Shown piece by piece: positions 50,683-64,000 of a DNA stretch of 64,000 nucleotides. The notes beneath the pieces were generated by a model, which saw nothing but the letters and a program-made list of their open reading frames with translations, was not told where the DNA came from and searched no databases. How positions within the stretch are numbered: position 1 is the stretch's first letter; each line of letters opens with the position of its first letter. The DNA comes from Lytechinus pictus (lineage: Eukaryota). Where the stretch lies: NCBI RefSeq assembly GCF_037042905.1, contig NC_087246.1, forward strand, positions 47,616,001-47,680,000. The letters are read 5' to 3'. Both the position numbers and the translations under genes were made by a program.

Positions 50683-52326
50683 CTGTGCTCCGTAACACAA
50701 AAACTTGCAATTAATCAGTAATTTGAAATATCGGCCTGGTTCCAGCGCAGTCTACTGAGCAAAATGTGCATGCAACGATGATCTAAATCCAAAAGATCTG
50801 GGGCCCGTTGCAGAAAGAGTTGCAATCAATCGCAACTCTAAAAATCATGCGCAACTTGATTTTCAACAGATCAAAAGCGCGCATTTCGGACTTGCGATTG
50901 ATTTTTTGATTTGCGTTTAAACGCAACTCTTTCTGCAACGGACCCCAGGTCCCTAATCACACTCCTGTCCAGAGTGAGACGAGGGACCTGTCGTTTTGGA
51001 GTGGGGTTTACACTTTTTTTAGAGTGCATTACAGTTCTTTCTGGAGTGAAATTGTCCTTAAAAAAATATATATATATTGAAAATATGCTTTTTCACTCCA
51101 GAAGGAACTGTAATGCACTCTCAAGAAATGTAAATCCCACTCCAACCAAGATGACTGCGGGTCCCTCGTCTCACTCTTAAGGCGGTGCTGCACCATCCCG
51201 AGTTTGCTCAATCTCGAGATTTTAGCCCGATCAGCCCTCTTCGCGATTAATCTCGAGATTCAAGAAACCCCGTCTGCACCATCCCACGAGGAGCTATATC
51301 TGCTCGAGCGAGGCAACAAGCCCGATATTCCGGGCATGCGCACTTTCGGATCTTGGAGTTTCAACGGCCCGCGCTTTTGAATAACTTCCCGCGATATGCA
51401 AGCAATGAACTCCTTTCACTAGTACTTTCGCCGAATTCAACCGGTGTTATGCAACAATCCTTTCAGCTCAGCGAGTGAAGAAGTGATATATTCTTCGTGA
51501 AATATGATGGCGGAGTAGGAGGCAACGACAGAGAGAGAGAGAGAGGGAGGAGGAAAGAAATGCTATTTGCTCACATTTTGCGAAGGAATAAGACAACACT
51601 GCTGTCAGTGTTGTTATTGAATATGACCATCGTCGATGCGATGAGCGCCTCCCCCTTCGGTCTGGTCTCTCCCGGGGTCTCTCCCAAAATCCATTCATTG
51701 GTGGGGACACCATCGTTGCTTATGAACGCTATTCGCATGTATAAAGTTGACTTTCGCACGTGTTTATGTTTTGACCAAGGCGGAAGTGGAACGCGAATTG
51801 CATTATGGACTGACGTCATGAATAAATTACCCCGAGTCCAATCTCGAGTGCGTCTGCACCGACGAATTAGCGGGATAATTCGTAAAATAGCGCGCTATTT
51901 TGCAAATAAACCCGAGTTGACTTGGGATTGCAATCTCGAGATTAATCCTACGAACTAGCGCGATAATTGCGTCTGCACCGCCAACTATCTCGAGATTTTT
52001 CAGATCGGGATAATTTGCCGGATCAGAAATAGCGCGCTAATTTGAAACTTCGGGATGGTGCAGACGGCCCTACTGAGGAGTGTGATTAGGACCAGGGCTC
52101 CGAAACACAAAGCTTTGCAATCAATCGCTAAATACCAATGACCAATCAAGATCGTCGCTGCACGCGCACTCTGTTTAAAATACTGACCGGGAACCAATCA
52201 GCGCGGTTCTTTCATACTTGCAATTCATCGCAAACCTTTGTGTTACGGAGCCCAAGTTCTTTGCATTTACAGTGCAGGCCGTTTAATTTAGCTATTAATC
52301 GCTAACCTTTGTGTTACGGGGCCCAG
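50683..52326. mobile_element. Nested MITE stack
   Basis: Outer ctccgtaacacaaa / tttgtgttacggggcccag. Contains MITEs 50798-50948, 50948-52093 (cctaatcacactcc / ggagtgtgattagg) and 52095-52253. Confidence 0.7.
51181..52070. mobile_element. PIF/Harbinger-like MITE inserted in the right TIR of 50948-52093
   Basis: ctgcaccatcccga / tcgggatggtgcag; repeated aatctcgagatt palindromes and cgtctgcacc. Confidence 0.8.
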
Positions 52327-53052
52327 AAGTAGATGAATAAAAACTCACACACACACCCACCCTCATGCACACATACACACACACTCTCACCTGAGCCTCG
52401 GCGACGTATATAGACACACTGCCAAATTCTCGTCATTGAGAAGACTACCAATGATTACCCAACTTATTGGTATCAGTTGACACAACCAACTGATAAATAT
52501 TACTATTTCAAATGTTGAAATCTCAATTTTTAGATTTTACTCTAACAAACAATTCAGATGTTATAGGCTTACAGGAGAGACTAATGTCACTAGGCTGGAT
52601 ACAATATTAATATCACTTTAAATTTTGAACCAGTTCACGGTGATTCTGATAAAATTCGGCATTGAACCCTATGAAATTAAGAAGCATTATTTTTTTCATT
52701 TATATCATCTTAAGACTTAATTAATAAGTGTTAGCAAAAAAGAGAAGGAATTAAATCGTCATATGAATATATAAATAATTTTGATATGAACGATAGAGCT
52801 GATATGGAATAAGAAGTTTATAAATCTGAGTTAGTTTCTTCTCGGCTTTGAAGAGACTACAATAAATTCCCTGAAATTGATTAGGCATAGTTTGAAGCTG
52901 CCGAACTTGATTAGTATGGAATTTATGCGTTGTGACTTTGAATCATATTTAAAAGCTTCAAATTATATCGAGTCTCAAAATTCCCGATATTCTCATTTAG
53001 ATTATGTATCTCATATATAAGTCTGCTGCTAAGAAATTAAGAAATTAGAACC

Positions 53053-53338
53053 TACACTGTTAAAAAAAACGTGATTTTACAGGGAAAAAAGAAGATTTTG
53101 CAGAAATCAATAACAGAATCATTGTTTAAATTCATAAAACAGGAATTTTTCTGCAATTTAACTGAACAGGTCTGTATAAAAAGGGGAAAAGGGTGTTTTA
53201 TTTAAGAAAAATTTTAAGATTCCATACACCAAATACCAATTTCCTGTAAGATTACGCAATCTGGTAAGATTACAGGTGTTCTCGAGACTCTGCGGCAGGA
53301 ACTTCTTTCATTTTAAGGATAAATTTTCTAACAGTGTA
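53053..53338. mobile_element. TA-flanked MITE
   Basis: tacactgtta.aaaa / ttttctaacagtgta. Confidence 0.75.
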
Positions 53339-56300
53339 CAAGTTCTTCATTTTGTGACATCGTGTTTTAATCTTGGAATTATACGTCTAAACATTTGACA
53401 GATCGTATCAGGACGTCTCCCTCACAGGAAAAATCACCCCCTGCAAAAACGAAATCACCGGACAACTCTCCCGGTGGACAGCTCCAGGACATCTCCATGT
53501 GAGGACAACTGCTCGGGAGCACAATTACCCCCTCCCATAAGTGACTAGAAGACAAAGTATTTTTATGATCATGCCCAACACGTTGAGCAATCGTAGAGTT
53601 TATTTTCTCTCTCAAACTTTTTTTTTAAACATCCCTCCCGGAAGAGAACAGATCCATAGAAAACATGCTGAAGGCCAAATAGTTGCTGCTCGTTAACCTA
53701 AACTATATTTGCTTCTTTATAATCAAAGTATCCATTCATGAAACTACTTATTTTTTAGTATTTTGTTTTGGGATTTTTTTTCTGTGGATGGGAGTGGAAA
53801 TTTGGCAGCTTCAGGTACACTCCCATTAGTCCCATCACAACCGAATCTGATCGTCAGAATACAGAGGGAAAATAAAATTCAGAAGGAGCGTAAGGGAAAC
53901 AGTATTAGAGGTTGTCTTATAGACCTATATCTAGTCATTGTCTTCACGAAATGGAAGATGTGTCACAATTAAGCTTAGAAAAAAAAAGTTACTTTGCTCA
54001 ATCAGCAACCATGTTATTGTCAATTTTTCCATTAAAGAAATGCCCAATTCTTAGACAAGAACTTACGTATATCAAAACATCTATTTTTTTGTGAAAGGGT
54101 AAACGGTCTCGATTGCCAATATTTGTCCCCTATCCGACTGACCACTAATGATTTTTTTTTAATCGGATATCTCTTACGGAATGCAATTAATTGTCCAACA
54201 TGTTCAGTATATAATTATTTAGCGTCCACAGGAGAGAGATACTAGTTTCATTCATACGTAAATATTAAGTACCTCGATCAAGATTTATCTAAGAGATAAA
54301 CAGACAGGGAGCAGTTGTTAGAGGTTGTCTTAATTCACTGGTGAATGATGGAAACATTCATTTTTTATATAAAACACACAAAAATACAATATTCACGGGG
54401 AGTGTGCGCCTTTAGTTATAACTGCGGACATTGTATAAAACTAACTGTGAGATGCTGATGATGGATATAATATGAGAGTGGAGATGTTATTGAAAGAAAC
54501 GAAAATGGCCTTGAGAGAACTACAGGTAAAAAAAAGAATTATGCTGATGTTGGATAGAATCGGTGATCATGGAAATAAAAATTGTATTAAACCTTGTAAT
54601 TAGGGGCTATCAGAACCGCTGACACCAACTAAAAATGATAAAAAGAATTGGACAAGATGGAAATAATAAAATTTAAAAATATAAGAAGGGATCTTCTGGT
54701 ATAGCCAGGATAGCAAAAACCAACGCGGGTATCGATAGATTTCAATCGTTCCAAATATTGATGCAGATTTTCACACGTACAATTCGATTAATTTAACCAA
54801 ATATAACTAAACTGAATGGAAACATAACACCATCTTAGGTAACATGAGGAGATCTGTAAACAAGGAATGTTGGAAATGAAAGTGATAAAAAAACGAAAGA
54901 TGAAAAAGAATGACATCGCTATCTGAAATTGAGATTTTTCACTTTCTAATACCATGATAATATTCGTTGATATTTTGGTATACTTTGAGACTGTTCATAA
55001 TGTTTGTTTCATAGTTAAGAATCAAAATATCTCTCTTTCTTTTATTGATGTAGAGGCTTTATGTATTCATAATATAGCGCCTTCTGTTTGCCGCACCATC
55101 ATTGATACCCGATTGCGCTAGCACATTATTTATTATTTTTTCTTCTGATTTGGAAAGAAAATTTCAAAAAGAACACTTCCTTATTAGTCACAAATTCGAT
55201 CGAGATTTGATATCATTCTATTTTATTTCCCCTGTCAAACAACGAGAGCATATACAAGTGTAATCATTTTTTTCAGCATAACATAGTGAATGTCAAAATA
55301 TGATTATACTTGAAAATTTCTGTCTTTTAATAATTGAAACATGTGGCAGAATATATAAATATATATATATCTCTCTCTCTGCATAATACATTTTGATATG
55401 TAGGACACCGCCATCTGGAGCTTGGAGCTTGAAATTGCTGGAGGCCTCGAAAGGAAAGGGGAAAAACATACAATAATAACAATAACACTGTAATAAAAGA
55501 GACTTATCTTTTATTGCACAAATAAGAGGAATAGAACAAAAGAAAAGTGGATAGGGAAATGAAAATTCAACTGAAATAGTTATACTAATAATGTTGAAAA
55601 AAATAAAAGTGCGAGAGTGCAAGTGCGGGGTGGATTGTGTTATCGGTTGGTATATGATACACATAAAGATGTTAGGTATTATAAGCTTAACAGTGCATTT
55701 TTTATTCAGAGTAACTTTCAATGAATAAACTGTTGTGCATAATTTAATGCAATGTAATGTGGTAAAATATTCCATAAATCTGCACCTAATGTCTAATTGA
55801 TCTGTGTGTTATTATTCGTTTTGGATTTGTTAAATGAAATTTTATAGTTTCGTGTTGGATAAGAGTGGGTGGTGTTGTTGAGTGTAAACATATTTTGAAA
55901 GGAAGATATCTGTTGATCATTAATCACAAAATGTAGTTGCCTTTTTGCGATAGGATTTTACCACATTATAAATCAATCACATTTATATTACCGCAGGCTA
56001 AGAGCCGTCAGTCTATTTAGGATATTCATATTTATGACATTCCTCTAAGGTGCTTAAACATAATTGTGATTTGAACATGGTGAAAAAAAGTGAAATAAAA
56101 GTGATGTTATAAGGAGAGGAGATATTCACATCAGTAAAAATTGTAATTCGCTGACAATATCAATGAAATCCTTAGTTTGATTGGTTCAGAGAGGCTGTTT
56201 TTATGGTAACCAGCAGTGATGATAAACGGCTCTGACGCCACTATGAGTTACGCCTAAAAATGAATTAAAAAAAAATTAGTGCATGATGCAACAGAATCTA

Positions 56301-56687
56301 TGCAAACCGTGGGCTGGGCCATAAGAAATACTACTAAGTTTCCTCCCCTTTAAATATTATTTCAAATATCAGGAACTAGCAGCCATATCGATTCACTTTA
56401 TAGTACAGATTTTGTTTAGGGGGGTCATTATACGAATCGGTCATCGCAGAATTCATTCAACATTAATTAGCGGACGTGGTGGACAAGTGTGGGCAGAGTA
56501 TAATTATCATTTCATTGACAACTGCGTGCTCAAAAAGACAATGAAATAGTCGCTCTTATGAATAATATATGTGAATTGATAAAGTATTTATCCAATCGTT
56601 AAAACAAATGAAATGGCCCAAGTTATGAACAATGGTGAACATAATCAAGATAAAGGTATCGGTATTTTTTTACGTAATAATAATAAT

Positions 56688-56688
56688 A

Positions 56689-56753
<65 letters not shown>
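56688..56753. repeat. (GAT)n microsatellite
   Basis: About 21 perfect units; source of the poly-His ORF. Confidence 0.95.
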
Positions 56754-56767
56754 AATGTTGTTGATAA

Positions 56768-56995
56768 TACACTCTAAAAAAATGAGTTAAATATATTAAC
56801 CCAATATTGGGTAGAAAGGGAATATGCCTCTTTACTGTGTACCTTTCCCCGATATTGGGCAAAATGCATGTGTTAGGGGTAAATTTCAGCACAACATTGC
56901 GTTAAATTTACAGAGTATTTGGTATCGTTTTACCAAGACCAAACATGCATGTCCCCATTTTACCCAGTATTGGATAAACTCTGTTTTAGAGTGTA
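56768..56995. mobile_element. TA-flanked MITE inserted in a trinucleotide tract
   Basis: tacactctaaaa / ttttagagtgta; ccc(a/g)atattggg palindromes. Confidence 0.8.
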
Positions 56996-57077
56996 ATAAT
57001 AATGATATTTTTAACATTATTATTATCATTATTGTTAAAGAGTAATACTGATTCATGATGCGCCGATCCATTCAATG

Positions 57078-57286
57078 GCGCTCTAAATATATTATTACCG
57101 GCTTTATAAATGTCTGAAGCACATTCAATGAATAATCATGTCGGCTACCCGTTCGCCTCACTTGGGTTGAATGCAGCAAAATAAGGTTAAATTTCTTACT
57201 GAAGAAATTCGATCCATAGCTGGGATTTGAACCCGTGACACCCTGTTTAAAAGGCAAGAGTCAGAACCACAATACCACAAAGCTCC
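57078..57286 (-). mobile_element. tRNA-derived SINE
   Basis: A box TGGTATTGTGG, B box GGTTCAAATCC, then core gctgcattcaacccaagtgaggcgaacgggtagccg related to 17068-17267. Confidence 0.8.
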
Positions 57287-57322
57287 ACAATTAACAATTA
57301 TTAATATAAAGTAACTACACTC

Positions 57323-57925
57323 TTAAAGGGGAATCCAGCCTTGGCCATTAAATGTTGTGTTGGGAAGGAGAAAAATAAATTAAACAGAGTGGTGAAAGTT
57401 TGAAAGAAATCGGACAAGCAATAAGAAAGTTATAGCTGCTTTAAAATTTAGATCACTAATACTATGTAGTTTTCAAATTGGCAACTGGGTAAGTAAATCA
57501 TGACAAGGGGCAAGGACAACTTTCCCTTAGGCCATGTACTTTATTATCAGGGATTTGTGGTTTTCTCCTAAGTACCCATTCCCCTGGGGCAGTAATCTAA
57601 ATATAACCCAGGTAGTATATTGTTTTATGTCCTCATGAAAGAAAAATATAATTTGAAATAAAACTTTTGGAAAAAATTTCATTTTAGCCATAATATGTAT
57701 TGGAGTACATGGAAGAGTGGTCCTTGCCTTACAGCACTATTACATCCAATATGTGGCCAATTTGAAGTCTACATGGGTATAGTGATTACCAATATTTACA
57801 ACTTTTAAAAATTCATAACTTTCTTGTTGTTTGTCCAATATTGTTCAAACTTTCACCTATCAACTTATCTGATTTTTCTTTTTCTTATAAAAACAAGTTT
57901 TTATTTGGGTTGGATTCCCCTTTAA
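57323..57925. mobile_element. TTAA-flanked TIR element (Kolobok/piggyBac-like)
   Basis: ttaaaggggaatcca / tggattcccctttaa with subterminal ggtgaaagtttgaa / ttcaaactttcacc. Confidence 0.85.
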
Positions 57926-58182
57926 TTTGAAAAAATATGTTTCAGGCGGTTTATCGATAGATCAGGTGCAAATATACATAGCAAGCCTCGGACAGAGGAT
58001 CGTAATCAGCTGAGTGCCCGACAAGAAGTAAGTAATATCTTAAGAGGTATATTTGGTTGACAACTTGACTCACAAATGTTAACGTACTTTGAATATATTG
58101 TAGAAGGTCTTCGAGAAATACATATACATATATTTAAGTCGTGGGTAATTTCGTAAATGGGTAGGCCAATGAACATCGCATC

Positions 58183-58427
58183 CATGGTCATACGCAGCAG
58201 GGGGACGGGGCAGAAAACTTACATTCTTTATTGAAAATTTTCATAAACTTCACTTAAAGTATGCACAAAATCCTTTAATTTCGCTTTACAAAATGCAAAA
58301 GTGCCCAAATGACAAGCTCGGTTGCTTCGCTCGGTTGCTTCGCTCCCTCGCTTTTTGAGTTTTTTCAAGGTTTTCGCGTCCTGCCCCCCCCCCCCCCCAG
58401 CTAAAAAAAAATGTGCGTACGGCCATG
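58183..58427. mobile_element. hAT-type MITE with perfect 8-bp TSD
   Basis: catggtcatacgca / tgcgtacggccatg; ATCGCATC at 58175-58182 and 58428-58435. Confidence 0.9.
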
Positions 58428-59014
58428 ATCGCATCACTTTTTCTTACGGTAAAATAGAAAAGCACGTATTCGTCAACGGCGCAAGCCCGCCTTCCCTCCC
58501 CCCCCCCCCCACACACACACAAACACAGACATCCACTCAATTTAGCTTACGCAGAACATATCGAATGGTCTTATGTTTAAGTTGAAAAAGTATCAAAAGT
58601 TTTTTTTTTATGACAGAAATAAAACTTCATTTTTTTATCTTTAATTTATCAACTTCAGGGACTGTATTATGTACAAGAAAACGGTATAATATTTTATGAA
58701 TTTTATTAATTAAGTAACAAAGGTGAATAACTCTGAAGTTATAAGGCTGCATAACAATGTCACTTTTTTAAGTCCCAAGCCTAGTATCAGGACTTTGATT
58801 CCATTCTATGGAAACGAATTCCAGATTGTTCACATGTGGGCCTTGTAAAAGGTGCTTTCAAATATACGAAACAATTGTTTACTCTAAATTTCAGTGCTTC
58901 GTTTGTTGCCAAAGTTTCTAGAAATACATTTTCATTGGCACATGTGCAAAATTCCGATGGCTAATGCGTCATCCAGTGAGCACATAATATTCGAAAATTA
59001 TGAAAATGAGAAAA

Positions 59015-59185
59015 TGACCAGGTATGATTTGAACCATTCCAGTTCTAGTCCTGTAATACCAAAATACTCTAACTTCTTTCTAAGGAGGTTATGTGGAATG
59101 ATGTTGAACGCTTTCCGTAAATCCAAGAAAGCGGCACCAACCAATTTGACCTAAAGCCACACTGGCGTTCACTCATAAGGTCTCA
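59015..59185 (-). pseudogene. LINE reverse transcriptase fragment
   Basis: ERQCGFRS then LVGAAFLDLRKAFNIIPHNLLRKKLEYFGITGLELEWFKSYL. Confidence 0.8.
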
Positions 59186-60655
59186 GGTTTTTTTTTTAGG
59201 TAAGTAACTAATTGTAAGTGAACAGCCCTTTAAAGAAAAAAAAATAGCAAACTCAGATAATAGGGATATTGAACGAAAGTTACATTTCCCCTAGGTATGG
59301 GTACAATTTTGGCAAGTTTAAACTCGCAAGGTTTACCTGTACTTTACCTGTACGTATTGAACAATTAAAAATACGTTGGAAATGCAAAGTTTCCACAGTT
59401 TGAAGTAGGGAAATATCTTGATCGGTCACTACGCTCCCTCGCAACTTACATTCATTTTGGGGAGGTATTTATTTACTGATATACGAGTCATATTCATACA
59501 TTTCCGCGAATAGTCCTTGAAAATATTTCGACTGGTCAATGATTCAAAAATTTCAGCTCACCCTTCGGGCTCGCATTACCTATTACATGTTCTCGGAGAT
59601 ATGTTCACGTTTATAAAAAAATAAAAATAAAAAAGGGGGGTACATGTTTTCCTTTAAAGGTAAATATATATCATACATTTATGCTTGAAGTATACCTTTT
59701 AAGACTATTGAATAACAAATTTCGAATCGCGCATCGCGCTCGCAATACAAATTTCATGTATATTGAAATGATGTCCTGTTTATGTTTCATGCTCACGAAT
59801 AAAAAAAAATCATACAAGGACTAATAAAGTAATAAATATATTAGGCTGGCGCTTCGTGCTCGCATAATTCATATAGAGACAAATAATGTTCATGAATTTG
59901 AAAGGCCTTCCCACTTTTCAATTCCTTTCGATTGTCCTGGAAAAGCCCCAAATAAATTCAAATGCGATGTCTATTTTGGACGCTAATTATTTGGATATTA
60001 TTGTACAATATTCGTGATCACTACTCCATTTGCTGCCAACTGTGGGTTTTTAATTATATTGGTAATATCAATTCCGAACTATTAGAATTGGTATGAAAAC
60101 ACACTAAAACTAATTAACAATGTAAACGTTCTACTTCAACTGTCCATTTTACATTTAATTTCCTTTTTATTGGATATCTATTGCCTTTGTTATGTTATGT
60201 ATTAGAAGCCTGTCAACAGTTCCGAAAAAGGTATAAAGAAATGTGTGTCACCAATCACATCCCATCTCGTTTCACCACTGTCCTCTTGAAGACTAAACAT
60301 GCTAAAGCTCATCTTCGAGGTAGAAAATGCAAAAATGCACATATTTTTTGCCCTAAAAATTGTTGAAAAGTCCATCTGCACACACAGTCACAGTCATATG
60401 CGAAATTATTTTCAGATTGCCACATTAAATCACAATCTGCACCCTTTTTAAAAGGTATACTACTCCCTTAATCATTTACTTCTTCTTTCCACCGCAGTAT
60501 TGTACCATCATCGAGACGATTATGCCAGTGTTAAAAGGGCGCGAACCTTCTGCACAGTACGGTCACATCGGCGAAGAAACTGCAGACCGCCAGAAGCTAT
60601 TACGTTTGATCAATTACAGACCATCGGTTGGATTCGTTGGTGCGACTGTATCATT

Positions 60656-60887
60656 TACATTCTTAAAATGGTTGGGCAAAAATTACCCAACTTTTAACCA
60701 ACCCTGGGCAACATACTGTCCACACAAGTATTGGGTAAATTCTGTCCAAAGTTGGTATTATAAAAACTAATAATTAGGTAATAAATTTGCTCGATTGGAT
60801 AATCATTGCCTAGAATATATACATTTTTTTCCAACATACATTACCCAACACAGTGGACAGTATGTTGCCCAACATTTTAAGTGTGTA
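60656..60887. mobile_element. TA-flanked MITE, inverted copy of 1502-1718
   Basis: tacattcttaaaa / ttttaagtgtgta with shared internal repeats. Confidence 0.8.
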
Positions 60888-61039
60888 TCGTGTTTTTTTT
60901 TTCAGGTAATGTTTCTGCTGAAGTAACTCCCGTAGGATCTCGATCGCGCAGTTTTCCGCCGCATTAATACCATGCAGTCGGGTTCAACCAATTAAAAAGG
61001 AAACATTTTACGTCTGAGTAAATTAGTCATAGTGACTGG

Positions 61040-61145
61040 CCTTACAGACGACAGAAGTTACTCGCATGCCTTTTTGGTTAAAGTGGAGATTATGGAGATG
61101 GGGATTCGAACTCACAACCTTACAATCACGAGTCCAATGTTCTAA
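61040..61145 (-). mobile_element. tRNA-derived SINE fragment
   Basis: tagaacattggactcgtgattgtaaggttgtGAGTTCGAATCCcc (B box). Confidence 0.5.
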
Positions 61146-64000
61146 GGGAAACGGCCCGTATGCTTGACAGGATCTAATAATTCACTTTCAAAGATTATTA
61201 TCATTCATAATTTCATTCATAATTTTTGATAAGTACTGTTCTTAATTAGTATCGATAGCTTTTAATCATGTTAATTTGGTTTGGAAAATAATGTGGCAAA
61301 CATTTTTTTTTTGTTTCAGCGCAGCTATTATCCAGAAGGCTGCCAGCAAGGAAAGCTTCATCTCTGTCTAGATCACTAAGTTTTTTTTGACAATAATGTA
61401 GAAATTAATTCCCAAACTAAATTTCGTTTGCCCAGAAAGAACTAGGATAGAGTTGGCTTATCAGAAATAGTAACCAATATTTCGAGTGACTTGTGTTGAG
61501 TTTGAACCATTCTATGAATTAAACCACTATACATTGTAATATTTTTCCTCATTTTCAATAATTTCTTCAGATGATATGTTTGTATAAACACCATTAATAC
61601 TTCTCACAATATACGGCCTACCATACAAGCTCAAAAAACTCAAATTGTCAAAAAAGTGTCAAAATTACAATTAATACTTTTCACAATATTACATTGCTAA
61701 TTGCTATACAATCTTGATTAAACGACACAAAGCTCAAAAACGTAAATGATAAAAAAAAGGACTTTGTGAGTGATAGGAGCTTATACCAAAACTACATTTT
61801 CCCCTCTTATTTGAGCAAAACTATTGTTCAATTTCTACAAACATTATCTATATAATACAGGCTGCAACAATTACTCACCTTAAAAGAGAGCCGACGGATA
61901 TCACTTTTGACGATCTGCTAATTGTTATGGTGCTATCGTGTCGCATTGGAGAACGGAGTGTCAAGAGTCATTGAAATAAGAAGAACGTTCGGTGCAATAT
62001 AGCGTTACGGCCGGGGTATTGGAGCATACTACTTTATATCTCCCTCTTTCTCACCGACCAATTCGATCTTTACTATAACCTGAAGTGGAGTTTTTTCTTA
62101 ATATATGCTGACGTATAGCGCTTGAAATCCACCAAGACGCGCTCATCGTCAAACTTGTCTGTGTATGATTAGCATATAGGAAACACCAAGAGAAATGTAC
62201 GTCATTCCAATCAGAAAAGTTTGGAAGCAGGCTATATTTTTAGATTTTCTAGTAGGACGGTCGATGTCATTATCTAAAACTATTAGGGTGCACTTTCAAC
62301 GATCTCATCTAATCGCATGATTTTAAAAGGGAATTATATAAATTAGTTCCGAAATTATAGATTTTGAAAGATGTGTGATGAATTTCAGATTTATATGAAG
62401 TGACGAAAGTGCAAAAAAGTGCTACCGTCACTAAAATTGTGATTTTACCTCATGATGAGGATGTATATGTTGGTCACTCAAACGAATAGAGAAGTGCCTC
62501 AACCTCGATTTTTATTATGACTTTAAAAAAAACTATTAATTCCATTCGATTTTCAATTCACGACGCTAGAAATATTTACTGCTATGCTTTCAAAAAAAGT
62601 TTACAGTTGCAAACTGAAAAAATATTCAATCATTCATTCTTATCTGTATTACTAAAAAAGGACAAGAAATCCGAACATTACAATATCTTGAAATTGAAAA
62701 GGGAACTTTTTTCTCCAGATTACTTTGACAGATGCATACCGGTGTTAATAAGATTTCAGTAAAGCAATTACTAGTCGGGAAAAAAGACATGGACCCGCAA
62801 AGAAAAAACACTACTCCCGCTAATAGATCAACTAAGATTATAATAGCCTACATTATTGTCCAGCTATCACGATAAAGCAGGTGAAAAAAAAGTTGACGAA
62901 GCTTGGGATAATCCCGGTCTTTCATGAAGTGATGCTTGACGAAATCATGTTTAACAGAAATATTACTAGTGTATGTGTTGACGATGATAATGGAATTATT
63001 GAGCAACTTGAAGGAAATTTTGTCTTGAGTGCCCATGACCTATCTAATTTATCAAGTGCACTTCGCAATATTGGTGCTCTTTTATCATTATCATTATCAT
63101 TATTTCCATGTATTCTTATTGTGCTACTTCGAATTTGAAAGTTTTGTTTTTAATTTCATCATTTCATAGCAAGCAATTATTGTTAACCAAATCTTATGAA
63201 TAAACGTGTCGTCTTTGTGCTCATTCGTTTAAAAAAAAAAAAAAAAAAAAAACGTCCCCAAAAAGAAAAAAAAAGAAGAGAAAAAGAGAGGAGAAAAGGA
63301 AAAGCGAAGGGAAGAAAGGGAAAAGGGTAGCTTTGTGGGTTTTTTCTTTTTATTTTATCTTTTTCTCAAAAGAGAAACTCCTTCACTCTTGCTCTAAATT
63401 TATATTTTTGCTTCCGCGCTGCGCGCGGTTAAATGACAATATTGCAGTTCTCCATTGTTTCCCCCACCCTTTCTCTAACCCTGTTTTTCCACCTCAGCTA
63501 TATGTGTTTCTTGCCAGTTAAAGTTCAAATGTATACATTAGGGCATGGAATTAGAGTAAGGTTAGGCCGAAATATGAAGTTATCTTTTTTCTTATTTATC
63601 GCGCAACTTCTGGTCGGGTCGGCTCCGGGCGGGTAAAATCTTTATATCAATTTCTGCCGTCACCTCCATATAGGCAAATTCTCCCGCTTTTCATCTAATT
63701 TCTAAACAACCATAATTTTGGGGCAAACAGGTTCCTAATTTAAAAAGAGGAAGGTATAAATTTCGTGTCGTATTAAATAAAAAAAAGTACAATATTTTTT
63801 TATCAAATTCTATTCAACTTCATGTCATTTCCCTGCACATTCATCATCTGTTTTGCGCCCTCAGATTGAAATTTTGAATGACAAATAAGTTTCTTTATCA
63901 TTCAAAATGATGCGCTTCAGGATAAGTCAAAGAAATTAGGCATCCTTTTTTATATAATTTCAATAAATCACAGAAGTTTCAACTTTTTGCGCACTATTTT

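Noticed and set aside
51497-51958. 153-aa ORF as a Harbinger transposase
   Set aside because: No DDE or Myb motifs; it is the GC-rich interior of a MITE.
56623-56892. Poly-His ORF
   Set aside because: Translation of a (GAT)n microsatellite plus a MITE.
57200-57286. tRNA gene
   Set aside because: It has A and B boxes but no paired acceptor stem, and it continues into a SINE core.

Overview
AT-rich, repeat-dense animal genomic DNA. The repeat style suggests a sea urchin or other echinoderm, which is an inference. N runs are mostly flanked by simple repeats and look like hard-masking. Most supplied ORFs are spurious. The best gene call is a two-coding-exon, minus-strand neuropeptide precursor that the ORF track splits in two (35170-34987 and 32575-32379, phase-1 intron, 126 aa). 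It reads signal peptide / pGlu two-Cys peptide / KR / SQSSTTTNRRPSRPLGHPPRF-G-RR, predicting an RFamide. The rest is mostly transposon-derived: many TIR MITEs; a 5.3-kb CA..TG element with an 8-bp TSD carrying a promoter and exons; a 4.3-kb multiply nested foldback containing a palindromic minisatellite element; two 41-54 bp elements with 9-bp TSDs; a Helentron-like element with a DR1/IR1-bearing satellite; a Penelope GIY-YIG relic; L2/CR1-group LINE relics; and tRNA-derived SINEs. Coordinates were read by eye and may be off by a few bases. Family names are motif-based, with no database search.
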